Shown here in pieces: positions 37,183 through 49,712 of a DNA stretch of 64,000 nucleotides; position 1 is the first letter of the stretch, and the number at the start of each line of letters is the position of its first letter. The position numbers and the translations under genes were made by a program. The notes beneath the pieces were generated by a model. It saw nothing but the letters and a program-made list of their open reading frames with translations. It had not been told where the DNA came from and made no database searches. This DNA comes from Octopus sinensis (taxonomy: Eukaryota). The DNA is taken from NCBI RefSeq assembly GCF_006345805.1, contig NC_043000.1:10974001-11038000 (forward strand), in the 5' to 3' direction.

Positions 37183-38454
37183 CTTCTTCTGTTCTCCTCT
37201 TCTTTGTCATCGTCATCCTCCTCATCCTCTTCTTCCTCCTTGTCTGCTTCGTTGTCTTCTTCCTTGTCCTCTTTGTCCTCCTCTGCTTTGTCCTTTTCTT
37301 CTTCCTCTTTGTCCTCTTCCTTCTCCTCTTTGCCCTCTTCCTTCTCTTTGTCCTCTTCCTTCTCTTTATCCTCTTCCTTCTCCTCTTTGCCCTCTTCCTT
37401 CTCTTTGTCCTCTTCCTTCTCTTTATCCTCTTCCTCCTCCTCTTTGCCCTCTTCCTTCTCTTTGCCCTCTTCCTTCTCCTCTTTGTCCTCTTCCTTTTCC
37501 TCTTTATCCTCTTCCTCCTTCTCTACTTCTTCCTCCTCCTTCCCTTATCCCTCCTCCTCTGCTTCTGCCTCTGTCTCCACCATTCCCTCTTCTTCCTCTC
37601 TCTTTCTCCTCTCCTCTTCTCCCATCCTAACCGTCTCCCCTCATCATCTCCCCTCCTCCTTACCCTCTCCCCTTTCCTTCCTCCTCATCTCTTCCTCTTT
37701 TCCATTTCTCATCTCCCTTCGTCCTTGTCCTCATCTCCCCTCTTCCTCCTCTTCTCCCCTCCTCCTTGTCCTCTGCTTCCCCTCCTCTACTCCCCTCCCT
37801 CTCTTTTTATTTTGACAGAAGCTAAAACAGTTACAGCATGGAAGACAGAAAATCACATGTTAACCATCCAAAAACACACACAGACACTGTTAACTTCACT
37901 TAAACTATCAATTATTTGGTGTCAAAACTTGTCACACCTATCTGCATGCAACCTGGTCACTGATACAGTTCTACCTTTACCAAAAGCTGATAGTGGATGT
38001 CATCTCTGTCTTAAATTTTATCCTACTAGAATTTCTGATATTTTTTATTTTTTTAGCTAAAGACAACAGGTTCAAATTCAGGATTTCTAATTCATTTACT
38101 TCTGTGTCTAACTTTCATTACTAAAGGGAGCTTTTCTGGGATGTAGTGGTGGTTGAGGGGGGTTGTTTGACTTGCTAAAAATAGTATCCAATCCAATTAT
38201 CCTTCTAATCACGTTTTATTGTCTTAACTAAGAAAGGTCATATTAAATAATGTAGACTGTATTGACTGTGATAAACTACCTTGTTTCAGTTATTTGACTG
38301 TGGCCATGCTGGAGCACTGCCTTTAGTTGAGCTATCGACCCCAGTACTTATTCTTTGTAAGCCTAGTACTTATTCTATCAGTCTGTTTTGCCGAACCGCT
38401 AAGTTATGGGGACGTAAACACACCAGCATCGGTTGTCAAACGATGTTGGAGGGA

Positions 38455-38580
<126 letters not shown>

Positions 38581-38757
38581 CATACATACATACACGCGAT
38601 GGGCTTCCTTCAGTTTCCGTCTACCAAATCCACTCACAAGGCTATGGTCAGCCCGAGGCTATAGTAGAAGACACTTGCCCAAGGTGCCATGCAGTGGAAA
38701 TGAACCTGGAACCATGTGGTTGGTAAGCAAGCTACTTACCACACAGCCACTCCTGCG

Positions 38758-38801
<44 letters not shown>

Positions 38802-39139
38802 TATAAATATATAAAAAAAACCAGATGGTCAAAACTGGACTGCCTTTGATCATAACTCTGCTCAATAAGGGATAATCTGAGGCTGAAGAACAACAAGAAT
38901 ATAGGGAAGGATTGGTCCTGAAAGAGCGGCATTTATAGGTAAAGATTTAGGTGCGTTGAAAGAAAGTTTTATAATCAAAATCATAAACACTTGGACGTTA
39001 AAATGGCTGAAGTAACGATATTTAATTGTCTATACTTATTCTAGTTTCATTTAGTGGCCTGCTGCAGTACCGTTTTCGAATGTTTTACTTTAACATTTAC
39101 TTCAGTAGATCGCCTCGTATTTATTTATTTATATATATT

Positions 39140-39646
39140 CTAGCAGTATCGCCTGGCGTTGCTCGGGTTTGTAAGGGAAATAACTATATAAGCATTTTTA
39201 GAGAGTTACTTCCCTTATAAATTCGGGCTTTCTTAGCCATTTTTGTTTTGGTGTCTTCAAGCCATGAAGTCGTTGTTCTAAAAGAACGCTGGTTTCCTTC
39301 ACAACGCATTACGACGTTGATTTCTTTACACTCCCTTCCCCACAGCTTCACGAGGGAGGGAAGGGGGAGAAGCAAACAGGTGCAGCTGTGGGCGTGGACG
39401 CCAACTCCGCCGCCATCGACATACGATGCATTTTATGCATTAAAATGGAATAAAAAATGATGTTAAATTATTTTTAAAATCGTAGACTCATCGTTGACGC
39501 GCGCTAATAGTCAGACGGGCTCGATATGAATCACGACTATAAGATACCCGAATTTGGTTAAACTGCACCGCAAAATGTGGGAGGAGTTAGGAATCTAAAT
39601 CGAAGGGGACAGACACTCACACAACTAGAGTTTTATATATATAGAT
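39140..39646 (+). mobile_element. Non-autonomous Helentron/HINE (DINE-1-like) element
   Basis: Starts after a T-rich site with ctagcagtatcgcctggcgttgctcggg. Ends ...ggaggagttagg...acagacactcacacaactagagttttatatatatagat followed by T, typical HINE termini. Confidence 0.65.
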
Positions 39647-39813
39647 TTATATATTTATTTATAGTCACGCCAAAAGACGGAAGTCATTACTTGTTAGGGG
39701 AAGCAACTGGGGCGATAAGGGGAGGCAACTTAGACATAACTGTCGCAAGATATTTTTGATGCGTTGATTTGACCACACACTCTGTGACTGCCTGCATGCC
39801 TGTCTGTCTCACT

Positions 39814-39855
<42 letters not shown>

Positions 39856-39978
39856 TTCTCTCTCTTGCTCTCTCTCTCTCTCATGCTCTCTCTCTCTCTC
39901 ATGCTCTCTCTTGCTCTCACTCTCTCATGCTCTCTCTCTCTCATGCTCTCTCATGTCTCTCTCTCTCTCTCTCTCATG

Positions 39979-40010
<32 letters not shown>

Positions 40011-40034
40011 TCTCTCTCATGCTCTCTCTCTCTC

Positions 40035-40067
<33 letters not shown>

Positions 40068-41466
40068 GCACATACATACATACATGTGATAAGCTTTCCA
40101 CAATTTCTATCTGACTTTTTTGCTAATTTTTGGAGGGACAGAACCCACAACTTTTGCAAACCATATCGGCCTAGTTTCGATCGCCCTGTGCGGCTCTTTG
40201 GGCAATTTTTGAAAGTGTCTTAGCATCGCGCACCTTTGTTAGATTCTCACCAACTGACCCTTTTGTCACCAAATTTCTCTTGAAATACGCTGCCTTTGTT
40301 TCAATTCATTTTGTGTGGATGGATGGATTGAGGAAAGCTTTGGTGGTTAGAGGGCTTCTTTCAGTTTCCACCTACCAAATCCACTCACAAGGCTTTGGTC
40401 GGACCGAGGCTATAGGAAAAGACACTTGCCCAAGGTGCCATGCAGTGGGACTTAACCCAGAACCATGTGGTTGGTAAGCAAGCTACTTACCACACAGCCA
40501 CTCCTACTGAGCATGAACTTTTTAATTTTCGTTGCTTACTTTCGTTACTTGACTTACTATTGTTTTCTGTCTCCTTGTTTACTTTTACAAGTTTTACTGC
40601 ACAGGAACATTGTATACAAAAAGTTTATTATTATTATTATTATTATTATTACGACAGTGAGCAAGCAGAATCGTTATGCACCGGACGAAATATGTAGCAG
40701 TATTTCGCCTGTCACTACGTTCTGAGTTAAAATTCTGCTGAATCAACTTTGCCTTTCATCTTTTCAGGGTTGATAAATTAAGTACCAGTTGAGTACTGGG
40801 GTCAATGTAATTGACTGCCTCTTCTCCCCAAATTTCAGGCCTTGTGCCTATAGAAGAAAGGATTATTATTATTATTACTACTAAGGCAGTGAGCTGGCAG
40901 AATCGTTTGCATGCTGGACGACATGCTTAGCAGTAATTCGCCTGTCATTACGTTCTGAGTTAAAATTCTGCCAAGGTTGACTTTACCTTTCATCCTTTTG
41001 GGGTCGATAAAATAAGTACCAGGTGAGCACTGGGGTCGATGTAATCAACTCATCCCCTCCCCCAAAACTGCTGCCCTTGTGGCAAAATTTGAAACCATTA
41101 TTATTATTATTATTAAATTAAGTACCAGTTACGCACTGAGGTAGATATAATCGACTTAATCCGTTTGTCTGTCCTTGTTTGTCCTCTCTGTGTTTAGCCC
41201 CCTGTGGGCAATAAAGAAATAAATTATTATTATTATTTGCTTCCACTTATACCCAAACGTAATTTAGCAGTTTTATAGACAGAGATCGATCAAATTAATA
41301 CCGGACAGAAATAAATATTCGGGTAGATATGACCGGCTAAAAACGTTTGAAGGTTGTGCTCCAGCATGGCCGCAGTGCAATGCAAACTAGTAGAAGAATA
41401 CAAGAATAAGCAATGTTTTGTTCCAGTTTTCCCAATCTTGTATTTCCCCATTGTTTTGTTATGCAG

Positions 41467-41569
41467 GCGCAGAGAGATTGAAGGAGTTCTCTCCCTTCGA
41501 CTTCCTTGTCAGTAACCCACCTTATATCAACGATAAAGATATGAAAACTCTTTTACCAGAAGTGAAATT
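41467..41569 (+). CDS. HEMK1: HEMK1 coding exon with catalytic NPPY motif
   Basis: ttgttttgttatgcag|GC...AAATT|gtaagt. 103 nt: (G)AERLKEFSPFDFLVSNPPYINDKDMKTLLPEVK + TT. SNPPY is the N-methyltransferase motif IV. Confidence 0.97.
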
Positions 41570-43022
41570 GTAAGTTGACTGATTAGTATTTTCTTCCTTA
41601 AATGTTTTTGTATTATTATTATTATTATTATTATTTTTTTTTTTTTTTGCGCCCTTTTAAAGCCTAGCCAGGCTCATGGGCCTGGTTTCCCGGTTTAAAT
41701 GGCGTATGTGTTCCCCAGCTGGACGGGAAGGCAGTCCATCGCAGCGTTACTCATTTTTGCCAGCCGAGTGAACTGGAGCAACGTGGTGGGACAGAATTCT
41801 ACACTAGTAACTGCGTTGATTTTCTAGTTGATCTGAGAGTTTATCTCACATATCATTGATGTACGAGACAGAATCTCTGAAGAGAATGTCCTTAGGCATG
41901 GGTGGTCACAGTTGGATTCCATTCATCCCTTGATTGTACCCTTCCTCTTCCTCACAGCAGAGAAATATCTGAAAAGGCTTTCCAGACTGCCTCATGTTAC
42001 CGGCAGACAAAATAGAAGAAGCAGAAGAACATATGAATAAATTAGCTGTGTGGTAAGTAGCTTGCTTATGAACCACATGGTTCCAGGTTCAGTCCCACTG
42101 TGTGGCATCTTGGGCAAGTGTCTTCTACTATAGCCTCGGGCCGACCAAAGCCTTGTGAGTGGATTTGGTAGACGGAAACTGAAAGAAGCCCGTCGTGTAT
42201 ATGTATGTGTATATAAATATATATATGTATGTCTGTGTCTGTCCCCCCAACATCGCTTGACAACTGATGCAGGTGTGTTTACATCCCCATAACTTTGTGG
42301 TTCGGCAAAAGAGACCGATAGAATAAGTACTAGGCTTCCAAAGAATAAGTCCTGGGGTCTATTTACTCGAATAAAGGCGGTGATCCAGCATGGCCACAGT
42401 CAAATGACTGAAATGAGTAAAAGAATACATAACAATTTGAGGGTGCATGGCTCAGTGGTTAGAGTGTCAGGCTCACAATCATGGAGTAGTGAGTTCGATT
42501 TCTGGACTGGGTTGCGTGTTGTGTTCTTGGGCAAGCTGCTTTATTTCACGTTGCTCCAGTTCACTCAGCCGTAGAAATGAGTCGTGATGTCACTGGTGCC
42601 AAGCCGTATTGGCCTTTGCTTTCCCTTTGGGTAACATTGTTGGCATGGAGAAGGGAGGTTGGTATGCATGGGTAACTGCTGGTTTTCTATAAACAACCTT
42701 TCCCAGACTTATGTCTTAGAAGGGAACTTTCTAGGTGCAATCCCATGGTCATTCATGTCCGAAGGGGGTCTTTACTCTTTATAACAATCAATTGAAGGAA
42801 TTGTGTTTTGTTCTCTCACTGGCATCAGCTACCTTGAGGAAAACATCAGAGGAAACCAGCTACTTAGATGGCTTGATTGGTTTTTAGCCCCTACATCCAG
42901 TTCTGATGATTGAGCAGCACATCAGAGGTGATTAGGATATCCTCCAGACTTTCCTCTGTGCTTTGATCTGACTGGTGCAAATTTAGAGAAATAGATAATA
43001 GGGATAATGTATTGAATCATAT

Positions 43023-43062
<40 letters not shown>

Positions 43063-44460
43063 AGAAAGGTGGGGGGATAGTTGTCAAAATCTACCTCAAG
43101 TCGCTTCTCACTGTCTGAAAAAAAATATGCTTAGAAATAAGAAAAATTAAAATTAAAATTAAAAATACATTGGATAATTTAATCCTAGGTACACTATTTC
43201 TACAAATAGGCAACAATAGAAGCAAAAAGGAAACAAAGAAACATGTAGGAGTTTCATGTCTGCAACATGTTTGATCAAAGGAGTTTCATGTAGGAATATG
43301 TTTGATCAAAGTATTACTAGATCAGTATTGACACCAGCAACATTAATATATGATGAAGAGAGTCATTATCATCATCATTTAGCACTCCTGTTCCATGCTG
43401 ATATGGGTTGGATGATTTGATAGGGTTTGATGTGTCCAAAGACTGCATCAAGCTCCAATGTCTGCTTTAGCATGGCTTTTGTGGCTTGGATGCCCTTCCT
43501 AATGCCTACCACTTTACAGCATGAACTGGGTGCTTTTTGTTTTGTGCCACCTGTACTAACGAGGTTGTCATGCAGTTTGCAGGACTACAAACCCTGGAGT
43601 TGGCAGGTGTGTGTGAATTCGTGCTATGAGACACGGAAATTATTATGAGGGAAGGGAACAGAGCTGCTTCCCGCAGAGAGATCTGCATGGCTGATCACGT
43701 TTAGTATGGGAAAAGTGGAGTGGAAAGAAAAAGAAAAATTGTTATCAGTAGGAGCTGCAAGATGTAGATAATGGCAATAAAGTTTCAATAAAACTTTGTC
43801 TAACCTATGCAAGCATGGAAAAGTGGATGTTAAAATGATGATGAAGTACTTCTAGGGTTCTGTGGTCAATGTTGGCCATTCATCTACACAAGTCGTCTTG
43901 CAGGTCTGAAACAAGTAAAAGGTAAGAGATATATACATCATCATCATCGTTTAACGTCTGCTTTCCATGCTAGCATGGGTTGGACGATTTGACTGAGGGC
44001 TGGCGAACCAGATGGCTGCACCATGCTCCAATCTGATCTGAGAGAGTTTCTACTGCTGGATGCCCTTCCAAACGCCAACCACTCCGAGAGTGTAGTGGGT
44101 GCTTTTACGTGCCACCAGCACTGGCAACAACCTTGCTCAGGCGGTACTGGCAACAACCTCGCTCGAATCTTTTACACATGCCACCGGCACAGGTGCCAGT
44201 AAGGCGATGCTGGTAACGATCACGCTTGAATGGTGTCTTTTACATGCCACTGGCACGGAAGCCAGATAGCCGCTCTGGCAACAATCACGCTCAGATGGTG
44301 CTCTTAACACCCTACTAGCATGGGGCTCGAGTGCCAGTTGATATTATGAAGTTCATGAAATGCAGAAATAAACATACAAGACTCCTTGATATCATTAATT
44401 CTACAAAGAGTGCAGATATGTTCTTTTCTTTCTAATTGCACAATTATTTCCTTTTGTCAG

Positions 44461-44556
44461 TTACGAAGACCAACGAGCTCTACGTGGAGGAAAGGATGGA
44501 TTGGATCTCATTAAAGCTGTTTTAAAGACAGCATGCCATCTGGTGTCTCCTTCAGG
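44461..44556 (+). CDS. HEMK1: HEMK1 coding exon (E...AL.GG.DGL motif)
   Basis: tttccttttgtcag|T TAC GAA...TCA GG|gtcagt. 96 nt: (F)YEDQRALRGGKDGLDLIKAVLKTACHLVSPS(G). Confidence 0.95.
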
Positions 44557-45870
44557 GTCAGTATCATCTCTCTTCTTTTATCTTTTACCTGTTTCAGTCA
44601 TTGGATTGCGATCATGCTGGAGCAAGTGACATCTTCTATAGTCTCAGACTGACCAATACTTTTGTGAGTGAATTTGGTAGATGGAAACATGATGGGCTTC
44701 CACACAGTTTCCATCTACCAAATTCACTTGCAAAGCATTGGTTAGTATTATCTCTCTTCTTTTATCTTTTACTTGTTTCAGTCATTGGATTGCGATCATG
44801 CTGGAGCAAGTGACATCTTCTATTGTCTTAGACTGACCAGTACTTTTGTGAGTGAATTTGGTAGATGGAAACATGATGGGCTTCCACACAGTTTCCATCT
44901 ACCAAATTCACTTGCAAAGCATTGGTTAGTATCATCTCTCTTCTTTTATCTTTTACTTGTTTCAGTCATAGGATTGCGATCATGCTGGAGCAAGTGACAT
45001 CTTCTATTGTCTTAGACTGACCAGTACTTTTGTGAGTGAATTTGGTAGATGGAAACATGATGGGCTTCCACACAGTTTCCATCTACCAAATTCACTTGCA
45101 AGCATTGGTTAGTATCATCTCTCTTCTTTTATCTTTTACTTGTTTCAGTCATTGGATTGCGATCATGCTGGAGCAAGTGACATCTTCTATTGTCTTAGAC
45201 TGACCAGTACTTTTGTGAGTGAATTTGGTAGATGGAAACATGATGGGCTTCCACACAGTTTCCATCTACCAAATTCACTTGCAAAGCATTGGTTAGTATC
45301 ATCTCTCTTCTTTTATCTTTTACTTGTTTCAGTCATAGGATTGCGATCATGCTGGAGCAAGTGACATCTTCTATTGTCTTAGACTGACCAGTACTTTTGT
45401 GAGTGAATTTGGTAGATGGAAACATGATGGGCTTCCACACAGTTTCCATCTACCAAATTCACTTGCAAAGCATTGGTTAGTATTATCTCTCTTCTTTTAT
45501 CTTTTACTTGTTTCAGTCATTGGATTGCGATCATGCTGGAGCAAGTGACATCTTCTATTGTCTTAGACTGACCAGTACTTTTGTGAGTGAATTTGGTAGA
45601 TGGAAACATGATGGGCTTCCACACAGTTTCCATCTACCAAATCACTTGCAAAGCATTGGTTATCCTAAGGCTATAGTAGGGTTAGTATCATCTCTCTTCT
45701 TTTATCTTTTACTTGTTTCAATCATTGGATTGCGATCATGCTGGAGCAAGTGACATCTTCTATAGTCTTAGACTGACCAGTACTTTTGTGAGTGAATTTG
45801 GTAGATGGAAACATGATGGGCTTCCACACAGTTTCCATCTACCAAATTCACTTGCAAAGCATTGGTTATC
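44557..45870. repeat. ~184-bp SINE-derived tandem repeat, 7 units, each with an internal hairpin
   Basis: Unit starts at 44557, 44741, 44925, 45108, 45292, 45476 and 45681. The last unit runs on into the rest of a minus-strand family A SINE. Confidence 0.95.
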
Positions 45871-47342
45871 CTAAGGCTATAGTCGATGACACTTGTCCAA
45901 GGTGGTGCACAGTGGACTGAACCCAAAACCACATGGTTGCAAAGCAGGCTTCTTAAGCACGCAGCCATATATGCATCTGTTAGGTTAAAGTTTTTGTGAT
46001 TGTTTTTGGAATTTTATCTTTTGTTTGTGAAATCTGTTGCAGATTGATATTTTGAGAATTCTCATGTTCTACAGATCCTTGTTTCTCTTCTTCTATGTCT
46101 ATTTAATAAATATTCTTATTTCTTTATTGCCCACATAGAGGGGACAAACAAGGACAGACAAGGAGATTAAGTTGATTACATCGACCCCAGTGTGTAACTG
46201 GTATTTAATTTATCAACTCCAAAAGGATGAAAGGCAAAGTCGACCTCAGCGAAATTTGAACTCAGAACGTAACGGCAGACGAAATACTACTAAGTATTTT
46301 GCCCTGCGTGCTAACGTCTCTGCCAGCTCGCTGCCTTATATTAATAAATATTCTGTTAAGCAATGTTTTGCTTTTTTTTTTTGTATTCATTCATTAATAG
46401 TTCCTTTGACCCTATATGGAACATAGGGCACCAGCAAGAGATTGCCATCTGTTTTGATCTTTGGCAATAGATTGCAGTTGTCCCCAGGTGTTGTCCTCTC
46501 CCAGTTCCCCAGTTTCTGTGGATCTTATCCATGTTGTTTTTTATCTGCCCTACTTCTATCTCCCTTGGGTGTCCATTGGAGGGCTTAAAAAAAGAAAAAC
46601 ACGATTTTTTCGTGGCTGTTGCCAGTACCGCCTGACTGGCCCTCGTGCCGGCGGCACGTAAAAGCACCCACTACACTTTCGGAGTGGTTGGCATTAGGAA
46701 GAGCATCCAGCTGTAGAAACTCTGCCAGATCAAGATTGGAGCCTGGTGCAGCCATCTGGTTTGCCAGTCCTCAGTCAAATCATCCAACCCATGCTAGCAT
46801 GGAAAGCGGACGTTAAACAATGATGATGATGATTTAACATTTACATTCCATACTGGCATCATTTGGATGGTTTGACAGGAACTGGTAAGCCAGAAGACTG
46901 CACCAAGCTCTACAATCTGCTTTGACATATTTGACGTATTTCTTTGACATATTTTTTTGACATATTTGACATATTTCTGTGACCAGATGTCCTTCCTAAT
47001 GTCAACCCCTTTACAAGGTGTACTGGGTGATTCTTTATGTGGCACCAGCACCAGTGAGGTGACCAAGTAACTTGTGAGACAAGACCCCTCAACTGATGGG
47101 GAGAATAATATTGCAGTAAGTGGTTTTATGCAAGGTGATGACTGGTTAGGGGACAGTAAAATGTGTCTTGCAGTAGACATCAGGAAAAAAGGGGGAAAAA
47201 CCTTGGTCTACACCACTTATCGGACACATAATCATTGAAAACAAAGCTGTACAATTTTGTACCTCATGCAGTTGAGTATAGAAGACAACCATGATTAACC
47301 AATTATTGCTAGAGCATTCTTTCAAGTGTTGTATTAGTTTGA

Positions 47343-47563
47343 CCCTTTCGTTACCAACCCGGCCAAAACCGCCTCTGGCTCTGTAGTACAAATGTCTTGT
47401 TTTCAGAAGTTTTGAATTAAAATCTTCCGCCAAACCTTAGTCACAATTTATGTTCCTAACACTAGCTGAATGATAACTAAGTTATTTTACTAAATTCTTT
47501 GTTATAGTTAAAGTAATTGAAAGAAACACAGAGCATCTCAAAATAAATACAGTAACAAAAGGG
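47343..47563. mobile_element. piggyBac-type MITE, same family as 1713-1932, opposite orientation
   Basis: TTGA|CCCTTTCGTTAC...GTAACAAAAGGG|TTAA; the interior is the reverse complement of 1713-1932. Confidence 0.8.
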
Positions 47564-47593
47564 TTAATGTTATTAAAAATCTTTTATTTTCAG

Positions 47594-47707
47594 ATCAATT
47601 TGGCTTGAGGTTGACTGTAGCCACATATCAGAGCTATATAAGTGGGTTGTATCAGAGACAAAGCTCTGCTTACGGACTGTCAATATACTTCCTGACTCCT
47701 CTGGAAA
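47594..47707 (+). CDS. HEMK1: HEMK1 coding exon
   Basis: cttttattttcag|A TCA ATT TGG...GGA AA|gttagt. 114 nt: SIWLEVDCSHISELYKWVVSETKLCLRTVNILPDSSG(K). Confidence 0.92.
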
Positions 47708-47744
47708 GTTAGTAATTTTTCTATTTTCTTAATTGTTATTTTAA

Positions 47745-48228
47745 CCCTATCGCATTCAGATTTCTTTGTCAAATGTATTGCTTTTTTATTCACATTCTTC
47801 TGACTTAATCACATATTGTCCTATAGCTTCAAGATTTCATTGGTGTATTTGTATATTTTTAGAATGACATTGTAGGGTAGGTGCAAGAGGCTGGATCTAG
47901 GCAGTTTAAATATATATTTCTTTACTACCCACAAGGGGCTAAACACAGAGGGAACAAACAAGGACAGACAAACGGATTAAGTCGATTACATCGATCCCAG
48001 TGCGTAACTGGTACTTAATTTATTGACCCCGAAAGGATGAAAGGCAAAGTCGACCTCGACGGAATTTGAACTCAGAACGTAACGGCAGACGAAATACGGC
48101 TACGCATTTCGCCCGGCATGCTAACGTTTCTGCCAGCTTGCCGCCTTTCATTTTAAATATAAAGGCAGTTTAAATATAAAACAGTCAGAATATTTGGGCT
48201 GGATATGGCTGGATTAAATGCTAAGGGG
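47745..48228. mobile_element. piggyBac-type MITE with a nested SINE (47915-48150, minus) flanked by a 15-bp duplication
   Basis: TTAA|CCCTATCGCATTCAGA...AATGCTAAGGGG|TTAA. ggcagtttaaatata is repeated at 47900-47914 and 48164-48178 around the SINE. Confidence 0.7.
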
Positions 48229-49101
48229 TTAAGGGTTAACTCTTTTGATACCAGCCTGCCTGAGACTATCTCTGGTCCTGTGATATAAATTTCTTGTTTT
48301 AAAGAAATCTGATTTTAAACTTTTCATTAAAATTTCATGTTAATTTACATTCCAAACACCAGCTTAATTATGAGAAAGTTATTTTACAAAATGTTTCATT
48401 ATTTTCAAAATTAACTGATATAAAAGTAGTGTATTTCAACAGAAATATACTCTTTTACTCTTTTACTTGTTTTAGTCATTTGACTGTGGCCATGCTAGAG
48501 CACTGCCTTTAGTCGAGCAAATCGACCCCAGGACTTATTCTTTGTAAACCTAGTACTTATTCTATTGGTCTCTTTTGCTGAACTGCTAAGTTATGGGGGA
48601 CGTAAACACACCAGCATTGGGTGTCAAGCGATGTTGGTGGGGACAAACACAGACACACACACACATGACAGGCTTCTTTCAGTTTCTGTCTACCAAATCC
48701 ACTCACAATGCTTTGGTCAGCCCTTGGCTATAGTAGAAGACACTTGCCCAAGGTGCCATGCAGTGGGACTGAACCCGGAACCATGTGGTTGGCAAGCAAG
48801 CTACTTACCACACAGCCACTCCTAGCCCAGACTTCATCTTTTTAGATTCTTGTCTGATCTCTTATGAAATTTTAGAGGAAAGTAGAGCCTTTTCAGGAGC
48901 CTGAGTCATTGAAAGAAATGGCTGTAACAAAGATGGCTACTAATTTATTTGTTTAAGATTTTGTCCATCATTTACTGACCACTTATTTTAACCGATCCTT
49001 AATTATGATACAGTTTCAGATAATTTTTTACCTTGACACTTAAACTTATTACAACAGCTGTTATGAAATTTCTCTTGTAAATTATTTTTGATTTCTTTCA
49101 G

Positions 49102-49153
49102 AGACCGTTTCTTCCATTTTATGAGGACTGAAGATGATTCAGGACCAGCTTAA
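49102..49153 (+). CDS. HEMK1: HEMK1 last coding exon with stop codon
   Basis: tttgatttctttcag|A GAC CGT TTC...GCT TAA: (K)DRFFHFMRTEDDSGPA*. Completes the conserved D..G..RF C-terminal motif. The nine exons total 995 nt; adding 1 upstream nt gives 332 codons. Confidence 0.9.
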
Positions 49154-49559
49154 GCAAAACAACAGGTTTATTTCAAAACTTCCTTTATTTAATTGGCAAG
49201 ACATTAAAGCATAATCAGTGATGAATATGAATTAGTAAATCAAAAATTCAGTTTTCTTCCAGCTTGTTCTCTAGGTTAGACTCTGCAACTAAATCAAATA
49301 TAGCCTATTTTCATTTAACTTCATTATTTTATTATTATTATTTTTTTTTTTGAGGAAATGGTTTATATTCAAATAGATTTTCTACCTGAAGCAGAAGGAC
49401 AACCTGTTTAATACTCGAGATGAGCTAAGGTATAAAGAGTTATGTACCTTGTCCAGTGTTACATCACAATAGCTTACATATAAGGTTTGGCCTCAACTAT
49501 TATACTACAATACATAGTTAGTTAGTTAGTTAATTTTTGGCTCAAAAAGCAAAAAGCAA

Positions 49560-49712
49560 GGCCATGTAGGGGGACATGGAGTTATGTACAGGGTGGTGTT
49601 CATGTAAAGAGTTCAAGCCACTTGTGGTCAAGGGAGACTTTGAACCGAGCGGTCGTCAGCATCTTCACCATCTCGTCCGGCAGCTTATTCCACGGATCCG
49701 CAACCCGCAGCA
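49560..49712 (-). mobile_element. CR1-type LINE 3' tail
   Basis: Minus strand LRVADPWNKLPDEMVKMLTTARFKVSLDHKW (RV...WN.LP...FK..LD motif). Confidence 0.65.

Noticed and set aside
41958-42016. Strong-looking acceptor (cttcctcttcctcacag) giving an alternative terminal exon FREISEK...TK*
   Set aside because: No homology, donor or poly(A) support; such acceptors occur by chance in long introns.
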